NCBI GenBank assembly: GCA_943362175.1
Contig: CALRIU020000004.1
Coordinates: forward strand, 120,321 to 184,320
From: Hydrocarboniphaga daqingensis
GTDB lineage: Bacteria > Bacteroidota > Bacteroidia > B-17B0 > Aurantibacillaceae
Direction of reading: 5' to 3'
DNA: 64,000 bases
The translations under genes and the position numbers were made by a program. This document shows positions 1 to 8,701 of this stretch, one piece after another (position 1 is the first letter of the stretch; the number at the start of each line of letters is the position of its first letter). The notes below the pieces were generated by a model. The model was not told the DNA's origin, made no database searches, and saw only the letters and a program-made list of their open reading frames with translations.

Positions 1-613
1 GCACAACACCCGCAGTGTTCCTGGCACCTATCTTTTGCATGATCCGTTCCCGGTAGGTATCAATGGTCCTGTGACTTAAAAACAATTTTTCGGCGATCTC
101 CTTGTTACTGTTTTCTTCACAAATGAGTCGGATGATTTTTAGTTCTTTATCCGATAAATCATGCTGTTGGTGGTTAAGCGGTTTATTTTTTGAGTCGACC
201 AGGCGTTTCGCCAGGGTAGCGGAAATATGCCTGTCAAAATAGTAATTGTTTTTTGAGACTTCATGTATCGCCGTAATCATCGCCTCAACGCTGGCATCGC
301 CGTGTAAAAAGCCGTTTGCTCCACGCTCCATCAGGTTGATTACGTGATTCTCATCGTAGTGCATCATCAAAACAATGAGTTTAATGCATGGGAATTTTTC
401 TTTAAGCGCATCCACGGTATGATAAACATTGACAACCGGCGATTCAATATTCAGTAAAATAATATCCGGCTGCCGGCACGCCAATTGCTCAATAAGCTCC
501 GGTCCGCTGGATGCCTCCATCATCACTTCAACATCAGCGTGGTCTCTTAATAATGCAATGATCCCTTTCCGGATTAAATTGTGATCGTCAGATAAAGCTA
601 AAGTAATCGGCAT
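1..613 (-). CDS. NarL/FixJ-type response regulator (receiver + LuxR/GerE HTH); C-terminal end cut by window edge
   Basis: Reverse-strand reading from ATG (complement of 611-613) gives MPITLALSDDHNLIRKGIIALLRD... (receiver). It ends in ...LSDKELKIIRLICEENSNKEIAEKLFLSHRTIDTYRERIMQKIGARNTAGVV (LuxR-type HTH). The frame is open to position 1, and it is absent from the ORF track because no stop lies in the window. Confidence 0.85.
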   Translation of the reverse strand, partial: MPITLALSDDHNLIRKGIIALLRDHADVEVMMEASSGPELIEQLACRQPDIILLNIESPVVNVYHTVDALKEKFPCIKLIVLMMHYDENHVINLMERGANGFLHGDASVEAMITAIHEVSKNNYYFDRHISATLAKRLVDSKNKPLNHQQHDLSDKELKIIRLICEENSNKEIAEKLFLSHRTIDTYRERIMQKIGARNTAGVV

Positions 614-890
614 GGTATGTTAAATTTAGGGGCTTAAGTAAAGGTAATTATTTTTTTAATGTCAGATTTTGGTAAACCACGTAATTGTTACGGTGAAAAG
701 GCATTTTTGTACGTTAAATTGATGTTTTTGCCGGTGAAATTTTCATTAAAAAATAAAAATAGGGGCATTTGGTCGTCAAAAAAAGCAGTTACATGACCAA
801 TTATGGGGATATCATCAGGCAGATGCGGATGCCTTTTCGCTTTTAATAAACGGATTTTAGGGAACCAGCCGGGATACGACTTTATGGAAT

Positions 891-920
891 AAAAAAAGGA
901 TGCTGATAAGGCATCCTTTG
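891..920 (-). terminator. Rho-independent terminator downstream of the E1 dehydrogenase gene
   Basis: The minus strand reads CAAAGGATGCcttatcaGCATCCTTTTTTT. The GGATGC/GCATCC stem (898-903 / 911-916) extends into A/T pairs and is followed by a 7-T run, about 20 nt after the stop at 940. Confidence 0.6.
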
Positions 921-939
921 CAATCTGATCTATTACACG

Positions 940-2940
940 TTAATAGCTGATCAGCTTCATCAGTTTTTCTTTAAAGCGTTCTTTCGGCAGGAAATTGATC
1001 TCAAGATCGGCATTCATTGGCACCGGCGTATCGAGGCTTCCCTCGCGAATCACAGGCGCATCAAGGTATTCAAAGCAATGCTCGGTGATGAGCGCGCTCA
1101 GCTCGCCGCCGATTCCTCCCGTCAGCGTATCTTCATGCAAAATAAATGCGCGGCCTGTTTTCTTCACCGAGGTGTAGATCGCTTCTGTATCCAATGGCGC
1201 GAGTGTCCTCAGGTCGATCAGGTCGGCGGAAATCTCCGGATGGGCATTCAGTAATTCCAGTGCCCAGTGTACGCCCAGTCCGTAAGTTACAATCGTGACA
1301 GCGGTTCCTTCTTTTACAAGGCGCGCTTTTCCAAATGGAATGGTATAATACTCGTCCGGAATGTCCTCGCTCACACTGCGGTATAACGCTTTGTGCTCAA
1401 AGAACATCACAGGGTTCGGATCTTCGAATGCTGTGATTAATAAACCTTTCGCATCGGAAGGAAAAGCCGGGTAGGCAATTTTCAATCCCGGTGTTTTAAA
1501 GAACCACATCTCGTTGCTCTGGCTGTGGAATGGGCCGGCAGCAACGCCTGCACCTGTCGGCATCCTTACTACCACATCGGCATTTTGTCCCCAGCGGTAA
1601 TGCGATTTGGCAAGGTTGTTCACGATCTGCGTCATCCCTTCGCTCACGAAATCGGCAAACTGCATTTCTACCATTGCCTTGTACTTATTGATCGATAAGC
1701 CAAAGCCGGCGCCCAGGATAGCGGATTCGCACAGTGGCGTATTACGCACACGGGCTTTGCCAAACTCTTCCACGAAGCCTTCGGTGATCTTAAACACACC
1801 GCCGTAATCGGCAATGTCCTGGCCCATTAATACTAAGTTCTCATGCTTGCGCATGGCTAAGCGTAAGCCGTCGGAAATCGCGTCGATGAGGCGCTTGTTC
1901 GTTTTTGTGCCGGCTGCAGCGGATGTATCCGTTGTGCTGTAAGGCGCATACATTTCCGAAAGCTCTTTGGTGGTATCGGGTGGAGGCAAGGTTTCTGCAA
2001 AGGTTTTTTCAAGGCCCTGCTCAATGTCGTGCTTAATATCCGCACGCATCTTTTCGATGAGCTCTTCCGTTAAGACGCCTTCATCAATCAGGAATTTCTC
2101 GAAATTATTCACAGGGTCTTTTCTGCCCCATACCTCGAATAATTCTTTGGGAACGTATTTAGTGCCGGAGGCCTCTTCGTGGCCGCGCATCCGGAAGGTG
2201 ACACATTCCAGGAGCACAGGGCGCGGGTTTTCGCGAATGGATTCCGCTAAATTCTTGACGGTTTCATATACTTTCAGGACGTTGTTGCCATCTACGGTTA
2301 CGCCTTCCATGCCATAGCCAATCGCCTTGTCGGCAAAAGACTTGCAGCGGAACTGCTCATTGCTCGGCGTTGATAAGCCATAGCCATTGTTCTCGATCAC
2401 GAAGATCACCGGCAGGTCCCACACAGCAGCCGTGTTCAGGCTTTCGTGGAAATCGCCCTCGCTCGCGCCACCGTCGCCGCTGAACACCACCGTTACTTTT
2501 TTATCGTTGCGGAGCTTGTTGGCTAAAGCAATCCCGTCGGCTACACCCAGCTGCGGGCCCAGGTGAGAGATCATGCCCACGATGTTGTATTCCTGCGTAC
2601 CGAAGTGGAAAGAACGGTCGCGACCCTGGGTGAAGCCGCTTGGCTTGCCCTGGAACTGCGAGAATAAGCGGTTCATCGGGATGCCACGCGTGGTGAACAC
2701 TCCAAGGTTGCGGTGCATCGGCAAAATAAACTCGTCGCGGTTGAGCGCGGTCGCCACGCCTACTGAAATAGCCTCCTGGCCGATGCCGCTGAACCATTTG
2801 GCAATTCGCCCCTGGCGCAATAAGAGAAGCATTTTTTCTTCAATCATGCGGGGCGTTAAAATGTTCTTGTAAAGTTGTAAGAGTGTATCGTCTTTGTGTT
2901 TGCGACGGTCAAATTTTACCGGAGATTCAGCGGTGATCAT
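940..2940 (-). CDS. 2-oxoacid (branched-chain/pyruvate-type) dehydrogenase E1 component, fused alpha+beta subunits
   Basis: 666 aa. The N-terminal half has the TPP-binding E1-alpha pattern (GDGGASEGDFHESLN, YRMRGHEE). The C-terminal half is E1-beta/transketolase-pyrimidine-like (NTPLCESAILGAGFGLS, PTGAGVAAGPFHSQS). Confidence 0.9.
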   Translation of the reverse strand: MITAESPVKFDRRKHKDDTLLQLYKNILTPRMIEEKMLLLLRQGRIAKWFSGIGQEAISVGVATALNRDEFILPMHRNLGVFTTRGIPMNRLFSQFQGKPSGFTQGRDRSFHFGTQEYNIVGMISHLGPQLGVADGIALANKLRNDKKVTVVFSGDGGASEGDFHESLNTAAVWDLPVIFVIENNGYGLSTPSNEQFRCKSFADKAIGYGMEGVTVDGNNVLKVYETVKNLAESIRENPRPVLLECVTFRMRGHEEASGTKYVPKELFEVWGRKDPVNNFEKFLIDEGVLTEELIEKMRADIKHDIEQGLEKTFAETLPPPDTTKELSEMYAPYSTTDTSAAAGTKTNKRLIDAISDGLRLAMRKHENLVLMGQDIADYGGVFKITEGFVEEFGKARVRNTPLCESAILGAGFGLSINKYKAMVEMQFADFVSEGMTQIVNNLAKSHYRWGQNADVVVRMPTGAGVAAGPFHSQSNEMWFFKTPGLKIAYPAFPSDAKGLLITAFEDPNPVMFFEHKALYRSVSEDIPDEYYTIPFGKARLVKEGTAVTIVTYGLGVHWALELLNAHPEISADLIDLRTLAPLDTEAIYTSVKKTGRAFILHEDTLTGGIGGELSALITEHCFEYLDAPVIREGSLDTPVPMNADLEINFLPKERFKEKLMKLISY

Positions 2941-4486
2941 GTGCTTTTATATTTTTAGCAAAATTATCATTTTAAGCGTATTTTTAAGCATATTTTTCAT
3001 CAATAAATTAAATGCGTCATTAAGCGGCCCCGGCCTTGTTGTTTTGAGTTTTTTTAAGCGATATCCTGCCTTTCCGTTTTATGTGTTTCTGTTTTCTGTG
3101 GTCATGTTTGTGCTTGTACCGGGGCTTGTGCAACAAGGCATGTTCATGGATGGAATTCAATATGCCTGCGTATCGAAAAACCTGGCGGAAGGATATGGCA
3201 GCTTCTGGTTTCCCTTTTTAAGTCCCTTTTGGTGCCAAAACGGGGCGTTTCATTTTTTTGAGCATCCGCCCTTGTTCTATTGGGCCGAATCCTGGTTCTT
3301 CCGCATTCCCGGCGCCGGCGCTTATGCCGAAAAAATATTCTGCGCGGTGCTTTGGCTTTTAAATGCGGGATGCATCTACAGCTTATGGAGGCTGATCTAC
3401 GGAAAAGACCAGGATAAAAAACCGTTTGGCTGGCTGCCTCTGCTGCTCTGGACCATTACGCCGGTTTGCTTCTGGTGTTTTCATCATAATATGATCGAAA
3501 TCCTGGTATCGTTGTTCATGCTGAGCTCAGTATACTTCGGGCTGTGTTTTTTAATGGATGAGCAGAGAAAAAAGTATCGCTATCTGGTGTTGTCAGCCGC
3601 CCTGCTGTATGCCGGCTTCTTAACGAAAGGCCTGGTCGCATTGTTTCCCCTGAGCCTGTGCCTGGTGTTTGCCCTTACGCACCGCAGGCTATCTTTAGGG
3701 AAAGCCCTTCTTTATACAGGGATTGTTATTGTGGTGTTTGCCCTGCTGTTCCTGACAGTATACCTGGTCAGTCCTTCCGCAAATTACATGCTGAATTTTT
3801 ATTTTAAGGAAAGGCTTCTCAGCCGCATTGAGCAAACGCCGACCACGAACAATCGTTTTGAGCTGCTCTTCGACCTGCTGTCGCAGCTACTTCCGGTGCT
3901 CATCATCACAGTAGGCGCTTTTCTTACACAGATTATCAGGAAGCGTTTGCCCGCCAGGAATGAGGGCAGGCGCTGGTTCCGGTTTTTCCTGCTGATGGGA
4001 GTTTGTGGCTCTGTGCCGATTATGTTGACAATGGTACAGAAGGGATTTTACTTTATGCCTTCACTGGGCTTTTATGCGCTGGCCTTTTCGGTGTTGATTC
4101 TGGGCTTTTTTCGTAGCTGTCGGATCAATGTGCAGCAGGTATCGTATAAGGTGTTTAAGGGGCTGAGTCTTTTGCTTGCAGTGGCTTCCGTTGTGTTCGT
4201 TGCCTGGTCGGCAGGAAAATTCAGCCGCGACGAAGCTGTGCTGAACGAAGTACATGAACTGGGAGCCCTGATGGAGCGGGAAGGGACGGTCAACGTGGAT
4301 ATGGATGTCTATTGCACCTGGAACTACCAGTTTTACCTTCAACGCTATCACCGTGTATACCTTGATCCAACCAAAACATACCGAAACTACCTTTTGGTAA
4401 AAGATACCTCACAAACTCCCTGGCTACAGCATTATCGCTTTGAGAAGTCGTTCCCCTCAGGCTTTCGTCTTTATAAAAGAAAGTAA
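2939..4486 (+). CDS. GT39/ArnT-like (PMT_2) polytopic membrane glycosyltransferase; start uncertain
   Basis: Many TM helices. The first loop, DGIQYACVSKNLAEGYGSFWFP...FFEHPPLFYW, matches the ArnT/PMT_2 pattern D..YA....G.W....FxEKPPLxYW. The ORF-track start at 2894 overlaps the divergent E1 gene, so ATG 2939 or a downstream TTG is more plausible. Confidence 0.7.
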   Translation: MCFYIFSKIIILSVFLSIFFINKLNASLSGPGLVVLSFFKRYPAFPFYVFLFSVVMFVLVPGLVQQGMFMDGIQYACVSKNLAEGYGSFWFPFLSPFWCQNGAFHFFEHPPLFYWAESWFFRIPGAGAYAEKIFCAVLWLLNAGCIYSLWRLIYGKDQDKKPFGWLPLLLWTITPVCFWCFHHNMIEILVSLFMLSSVYFGLCFLMDEQRKKYRYLVLSAALLYAGFLTKGLVALFPLSLCLVFALTHRRLSLGKALLYTGIVIVVFALLFLTVYLVSPSANYMLNFYFKERLLSRIEQTPTTNNRFELLFDLLSQLLPVLIITVGAFLTQIIRKRLPARNEGRRWFRFFLLMGVCGSVPIMLTMVQKGFYFMPSLGFYALAFSVLILGFFRSCRINVQQVSYKVFKGLSLLLAVASVVFVAWSAGKFSRDEAVLNEVHELGALMEREGTVNVDMDVYCTWNYQFYLQRYHRVYLDPTKTYRNYLLVKDTSQTPWLQHYRFEKSFPSGFRLYKRK

Positions 4487-4489
4487 ATG

Positions 4490-5710
4490 CTAAGGGAGGA
4501 TAACGTAAGAAAGTTTCTTGCCGTAGCATTCAACGGTTAATGTTGCCTGCTGTTGCCCCTTGCGGATGGAGAACAGATTGGCGCCGTATTTCAGAGCCTG
4601 GGATGAATTAAAAGAACCATCACTTACCGAAAAATGAGCATCGGCAGGAATGTTTTTCCCAAGAGCTTGTAAATTATAAACACCGTGGCTGTATGGCACT
4701 AAAGATAAAACAAAGCCTTCGTTTGTATGATCGGAGCGTTTACCGTAGAGGAATTTTGTTTTCGATGTAAGCTTGGTGATCGCCAGCGTATCATTTTTTT
4801 TCTCGAACACTGTTTCCGGAAAAGGCTTTGCAGATCCCGGATCGCTTGTCCACACCCGGATGTAATCAATAGCAAAGTTTCCCGAGCGTTTGATGCTGGT
4901 GTCGGGAGCAGGATGGAAAGACCCGTCTTTGCCGGGTACTGCAATATTAGCGCATAATACTTTTTCTTCATGCAGCGGAACTTTGCTGTAGGCGATGCAC
5001 TCACCGTTAAGAAAATATTTGACGTATTCCGGTGTCCATTCGCCGGCAATCACGTGATAGCCTTTGCTCAGATCGCCTTTAACATAGACCCAGTCGCCCC
5101 ACCATTTTTTCCGGAAGACATCGCGTAGCTTATTTTCTTCTTTCTTCTGGCTATGCCTGCCCACGTGAATGGCATTTTTCTTTTCCGTTTTTAACTCCAT
5201 CCAGTCAATCTCTTCATTTGGCGTGCCGCCATAGAGCCAGAAAGCCGGCCAGTAGCCTTTTTCTTCGGGAATCCTGAACCTTGCCTCAAAATAGCCGTAT
5301 TTGTATGTTTTCCTGGATTGGATCATTCCGGATGTATAATGAAAGAGCCGCTTATTGAGGCCATAAAACCTTCCATCCAGTATCATTGAATCCGAATCGG
5401 GCAACCAATCGACCATACGGGCCGTTGTGTCTTCTTTCACGGCAAAGAGGTTCAGGTAACCGTTTTTTAATTCCAGATTTTTCCCATCGGTATAATACTC
5501 TTGCTCCTTTTGCGAGAAAATACTGCGGCTCCAGCCATACCAGTAACTCCATTTTCGGATGTCGAGTGTATCCTGCCCAAACTCATCGCCATCGGTATAA
5601 TACCAGGTAATGATGGTATCCTTGTTGAACTGCCAGAGCCGTTGGGCGCTGAGGTTGCTGGAAAGATGCAATGCTGTGGCCAGAATTGAAATTTTGAGAA
5701 AACGATCCAT
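4490..5710 (-). CDS. Glycoside hydrolase family 16 (beta-glucanase/laminarinase-like), secreted
   Basis: Contains GYFEARFRIPEEKGYWPAFWLYGG and the intact GH16 catalytic motif EIDWME (ExDxxE). The start is taken at M25 (complement of 5708-5710), which gives the signal peptide MDRFLKISILATALHLSSNLSAQ. Confidence 0.85.
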   Translation of the reverse strand: MDRFLKISILATALHLSSNLSAQRLWQFNKDTIITWYYTDGDEFGQDTLDIRKWSYWYGWSRSIFSQKEQEYYTDGKNLELKNGYLNLFAVKEDTTARMVDWLPDSDSMILDGRFYGLNKRLFHYTSGMIQSRKTYKYGYFEARFRIPEEKGYWPAFWLYGGTPNEEIDWMELKTEKKNAIHVGRHSQKKEENKLRDVFRKKWWGDWVYVKGDLSKGYHVIAGEWTPEYVKYFLNGECIAYSKVPLHEEKVLCANIAVPGKDGSFHPAPDTSIKRSGNFAIDYIRVWTSDPGSAKPFPETVFEKKNDTLAITKLTSKTKFLYGKRSDHTNEGFVLSLVPYSHGVYNLQALGKNIPADAHFSVSDGSFNSSQALKYGANLFSIRKGQQQATLTVECYGKKLSYVILP

Positions 5711-5849
5711 GATTTGTTGAGACCGAAGATACATCAAAAAAACAGGAATAAATTTTACCCGTGACGGCGTTTCAATTAACAATATATAATAAGGCTCCGT
5801 ACCCTGAGCCGGAAATTATTGGTATTTTTGAATGACTTAAGCTTAGTTT

Positions 5850-7109
5850 ATGATACGTTCAGTTATTGCAGGTTCCTTGTTGGTTCTCTCAGCCACGCTC
5901 AGTTCACAGGTGATGTGGCAGGTTAAAAACGGTAGCTCACAAACGTGGTACCTGGCGCAAACCGATGAGTTCAACGACAATAAAGTAAATCCCGACATCT
6001 GGAAATCCATCAGCTCTCCACGGCCTTATCACATCGATCTCGACCTGTATTACAAAGCGGATAACATCCGGTATAACACCGGCTTTATTTCCCTGCTGAG
6101 CAGCAAAGAAACCATCACTGCTAAGGTTGAGCCTAATGCTGAAGAGAAGGCCTATCTCGAAAAAAATAAAAAAGCACTCAATGCTGCCGACGAATACCAG
6201 TTTGCCTATTCAGGGGCTTTGCTGTGCAGCCAGGTGTTATATCAACCGGGCTATTTCGAAATGCGCTTCAAAGCCAGCGATCAGAAAGGCGTGTGGCCCT
6301 CGCTTACGCTCACCGGAGGCAATGAGTCCGTCGCCTTATTTTCCGCAAACGGCGAAGCTCCTGATCAGGCGTATGCAGGTGTACCTTGTACGAATGGCTG
6401 TACACCCACATCGGCGATGTATTTTAAAAAAAGCTTTGGCGGTTTTACCAAACTCAATGAGCCTTTTTCCAAAGACTGGAATATCATTTCGGTAGAGTGG
6501 GGAACGGATGACATAACCTGGTTTGTCAACGGCACGCCTGTGGGCTATTACAAAGGGATAGTGACGGCGGGAAAGACATTGGTGCTGAGTAATGGCGTGT
6601 CTAAAAAAGGCTACGGGCTCAAGAACGGCCCTACGGAAAAAACACAGTTTCCGGCAAGCCTGGATGTGGATTATGTGAGGATCTGGAGCAAATCCGATAC
6701 CTCCGGGAAATACAAGGATAATTATGCTCTGTTTGAACATGCAGGGCTCACCATCGATAACCGGCTTTTGTACAGCGGCGAAGTAAAAAAGAAAGACAAA
6801 GCCATTTCCAAAGCAAAGGAGCTGTCGGGAGAACTGGGAACAATCACCATGCTTCCTGTGTTATACAACAAATACAGTTTATCGATCCAGGGAAATCACT
6901 TAAGCTCGATGCAGGTGGATGTGTATGACCGCTTTAATGAAAAAGTTGCCGGCTTTGCTTTGAGTAATGTGCAGTATTATGTCATGGACCTGAGTGCTTT
7001 GCCAACCGGACCTTATAAGGTAAAAATCTCGGTTTTGGGCCAGGTATTGGAGCAGGATATCCCGATCATTAACCCTGAAAAAGTAGGCGAACAACGCGAT
7101 GGAAAATAG
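5850..7109 (+). CDS. GH16-fold (concanavalin-like) secreted protein lacking the catalytic motif; possible T9SS C-terminal domain
   Basis: Has a signal peptide and the DEFND..W and GYFEMRFKASDQKGVWPS blocks, which parallel the neighbouring GH16. At the ExDxxE position it reads ESVALF. The C-terminal ~80 aa (VDVYDRFNEKV...LSALPTGPYKVKISV) resemble a T9SS sorting beta-sandwich. Confidence 0.7.
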   Translation: MIRSVIAGSLLVLSATLSSQVMWQVKNGSSQTWYLAQTDEFNDNKVNPDIWKSISSPRPYHIDLDLYYKADNIRYNTGFISLLSSKETITAKVEPNAEEKAYLEKNKKALNAADEYQFAYSGALLCSQVLYQPGYFEMRFKASDQKGVWPSLTLTGGNESVALFSANGEAPDQAYAGVPCTNGCTPTSAMYFKKSFGGFTKLNEPFSKDWNIISVEWGTDDITWFVNGTPVGYYKGIVTAGKTLVLSNGVSKKGYGLKNGPTEKTQFPASLDVDYVRIWSKSDTSGKYKDNYALFEHAGLTIDNRLLYSGEVKKKDKAISKAKELSGELGTITMLPVLYNKYSLSIQGNHLSSMQVDVYDRFNEKVAGFALSNVQYYVMDLSALPTGPYKVKISVLGQVLEQDIPIINPEKVGEQRDGK

Positions 7110-7215
7110 TTTGTTAATCGTACTTTTAGTAGCTGCTGTCTCTTATCTGGGATGGAGGCTGTACAAGACTTTCACCAAAAAAAAATGCGGCGATAAGAAC
7201 TGCGGCTGCGGGTGA
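7099..7215 (+). CDS. FeoB-associated Cys-rich small membrane protein (38 aa), not in ORF track
   Basis: ATG 7099 to TGA 7213-7215 gives MENSLLIVLLVAAVSYLGWRLYKTFTKKKCGDKNCGCG. This is one TM helix, a basic stretch and a C-terminal CG-rich tail, the typical architecture of this mini-protein family. It overlaps the upstream gene end by 11 nt. Confidence 0.6.
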   Translation: MENSLLIVLLVAAVSYLGWRLYKTFTKKKCGDKNCGCG

Positions 7216-7270
7216 GTCTACTGCACTAAGATTTTCGTAGGGGGGTAAGAGCTTCAGCCTCCACCAATCG

Positions 7271-7294
7271 TTGACTGAGCGGAGCCGAAGTCAA
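7271..7294. repeat. Conserved-loop hairpin repeat (stem TTGAC/GTCAA, loop TGAGCGGAGCCGAA)
   Basis: Reads TTGAC-TGAGCGGAGCCGAA-GTCAA. The same 14-nt core recurs at 34033, 40653-41104 (many copies) and 54579. A degenerate relative, ATTGCGGGCGTAACGAAG, follows within about 30 nt. Confidence 0.7.
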
Positions 7295-7399
7295 CGAGCA
7301 CACGCCATTGCGGGCGTAACGAAGTGTAGCGACACCATCTCACGTTAAAAGAGATGGTATCACCAGGTTCGCCATGACGAGAAAAATTATTGGCTGTTT

Positions 7400-8269
7400 T
7401 TACTTCATTGCCTTCAGGCTCAGATCCAGGCTTTTCACATGGTGTGTGAGCGCGCCTACCGAGATAAAATCCACGCCGCATTTAGCATAAGCCGCAATGG
7501 TTTTTTCGGTGATGCCGCCGGAGCTTTCCACTTCGAAGGCTCCGTTGATGAGCTTCACCGCCTTTTTGGTATCGGCGATGTTATAATTGTCGAGCATGAT
7601 GCGCTGGAAACCACCTTTCTTTAAAAGCAATTTCACATCGTCAATCGTGCGCGTTTCCACTTCTATCGGGAGTTTGCGTTTTGTTTTTTTCAGGTAAGCA
7701 TGTGTGGCATCCAGGGCTTCGAGGATTCCGCCGGCAAAGTCGATATGATTGTCTTTGATCATGATCATATCGTATAAGCCAAAACGGTGATTGGCACCAC
7801 CACCGATCACTACCGCCCATTTTTCGAAGAAGCGGAAGTTAGGTGTGGTCTTGCGTGTGTCGATTACTTTGGTCTTAGTACCTTTGCAAAGTCCCTGCAG
7901 GTAATTGGTTTTGGTAGCGATGGCGCTCATGCGCTGCATCACATTCAGCACCAGCCGCTCGGTCGTGAGTAATTTCCGGCTGTTGCCTTCCACCAGAAAC
8001 GCAATGTCTCCCACTTTTACGCTTGAGCCGTCTTTGATCAGCTCCGTAAATTTGAACCCAGGATCTACAGCCTTAAAGATCTCGCGGGCCGCTTCAATGC
8101 CTGCAATGATGCCCTCTTCCTTGACGATGAGCCGGCACTTTCCCTTGTGGTTGGCAGGAACCGTCGCCAAAGCCGAATGATCGCCATCGCCTACATCTTC
8201 CTGTAAAGCGTTTTGAACGAAGGTTTTGAAGTTGAAATGTTTTTTGTGGAGTTGGATGTAATTAGCCAT
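7400..8269 (-). CDS. nadC: Nicotinate-nucleotide pyrophosphorylase (quinolinate phosphoribosyltransferase)
   Basis: 289 aa with ERLVLNVMQRMSAIAT, IDTRKTTPNFR, GGGANHRFGLYDMIMIKDNHI and EVESSGGI, the canonical NadC blocks. Confidence 0.93.
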   Translation of the reverse strand: MANYIQLHKKHFNFKTFVQNALQEDVGDGDHSALATVPANHKGKCRLIVKEEGIIAGIEAAREIFKAVDPGFKFTELIKDGSSVKVGDIAFLVEGNSRKLLTTERLVLNVMQRMSAIATKTNYLQGLCKGTKTKVIDTRKTTPNFRFFEKWAVVIGGGANHRFGLYDMIMIKDNHIDFAGGILEALDATHAYLKKTKRKLPIEVETRTIDDVKLLLKKGGFQRIMLDNYNIADTKKAVKLINGAFEVESSGGITEKTIAAYAKCGVDFISVGALTHHVKSLDLSLKAMK

Positions 8270-8636
8270 TGTCAGTTTCTATACGGAACTGCGAAATTAC
8301 GTTTCCTCTCACTAATATGGAAATCCTGAATTTTCCATTCATGGTATCCAGCGAGCCGGTAATGAACTGCTGGTCGCCGTTGACGATGCTGGTATGTGAA
8401 GTCTGGTAGTTTTTGACTTTATGCTTGCTGAAAAAATCCTCGATGAGCGCCTGGGCCTGGGATTTGCTGAGAAGGTCTTCCTGGCTCAGCACTTTGATGG
8501 AAACGCGGTCGGCAAAATTCTTCACAATCTCAGAGGCATTTCCCTGTTTCAAGGCATTGTTGATGTCATCGTTGATGTCCTTTAGTGCGAATGAAACACT
8601 GAGAAGAGAAAGTAAAAGTATTGCAAGTGCTTTCAT
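8262..8636 (-). CDS. Small secreted DUF4783-like protein
   Basis: 124 aa with a signal peptide (MKALAILLLSLLSVSFA). It overlaps the nadC start by 8 nt, suggesting co-transcription. The family call comes from recollection of nadC-adjacent DUF4783 genes in Bacteroidota. Confidence 0.65.
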   Translation of the reverse strand: MKALAILLLSLLSVSFALKDINDDINNALKQGNASEIVKNFADRVSIKVLSQEDLLSKSQAQALIEDFFSKHKVKNYQTSHTSIVNGDQQFITGSLDTMNGKFRISILVRGNVISQFRIETDNG

Positions 8637-8654
8637 TTATTGTAACTTTACTCT

Positions 8655-8662
8655 CAAAGTTA
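8655..8662 (-). promoter_or_regulatory. Candidate Bacteroidota -7 box (TAacTTTG on minus strand) for the DUF4783-nadC unit
   Basis: Plus-strand CAAAGTTA equals minus-strand TAACTTTG, which matches TAnnTTTG 19-26 nt upstream of ATG 8636. No good -33 TTG lies at the expected spacing. Confidence 0.35.
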
Positions 8663-8701
8663 ACAATTATTATGCCTAAGTAATTTAACATTTGTCGAAA
8701 C

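Noticed and set aside
659-799. 46-codon basic ORF (MSDFGKPRNCYGEKAF...) in the 327-bp gap upstream of the response regulator
   Set aside because: It has no signal, TM helix or recognisable motif, sits in an AT-rich promoter-like region and is too weak to call.
2894-2938. ORF-track start of the GT39-like gene overlapping the divergent E1 gene
   Set aside because: It would place two divergent start regions on top of each other. A downstream start (ATG 2939 or a TTG before the first TM helix) is more plausible, though the exact start remains unresolved.
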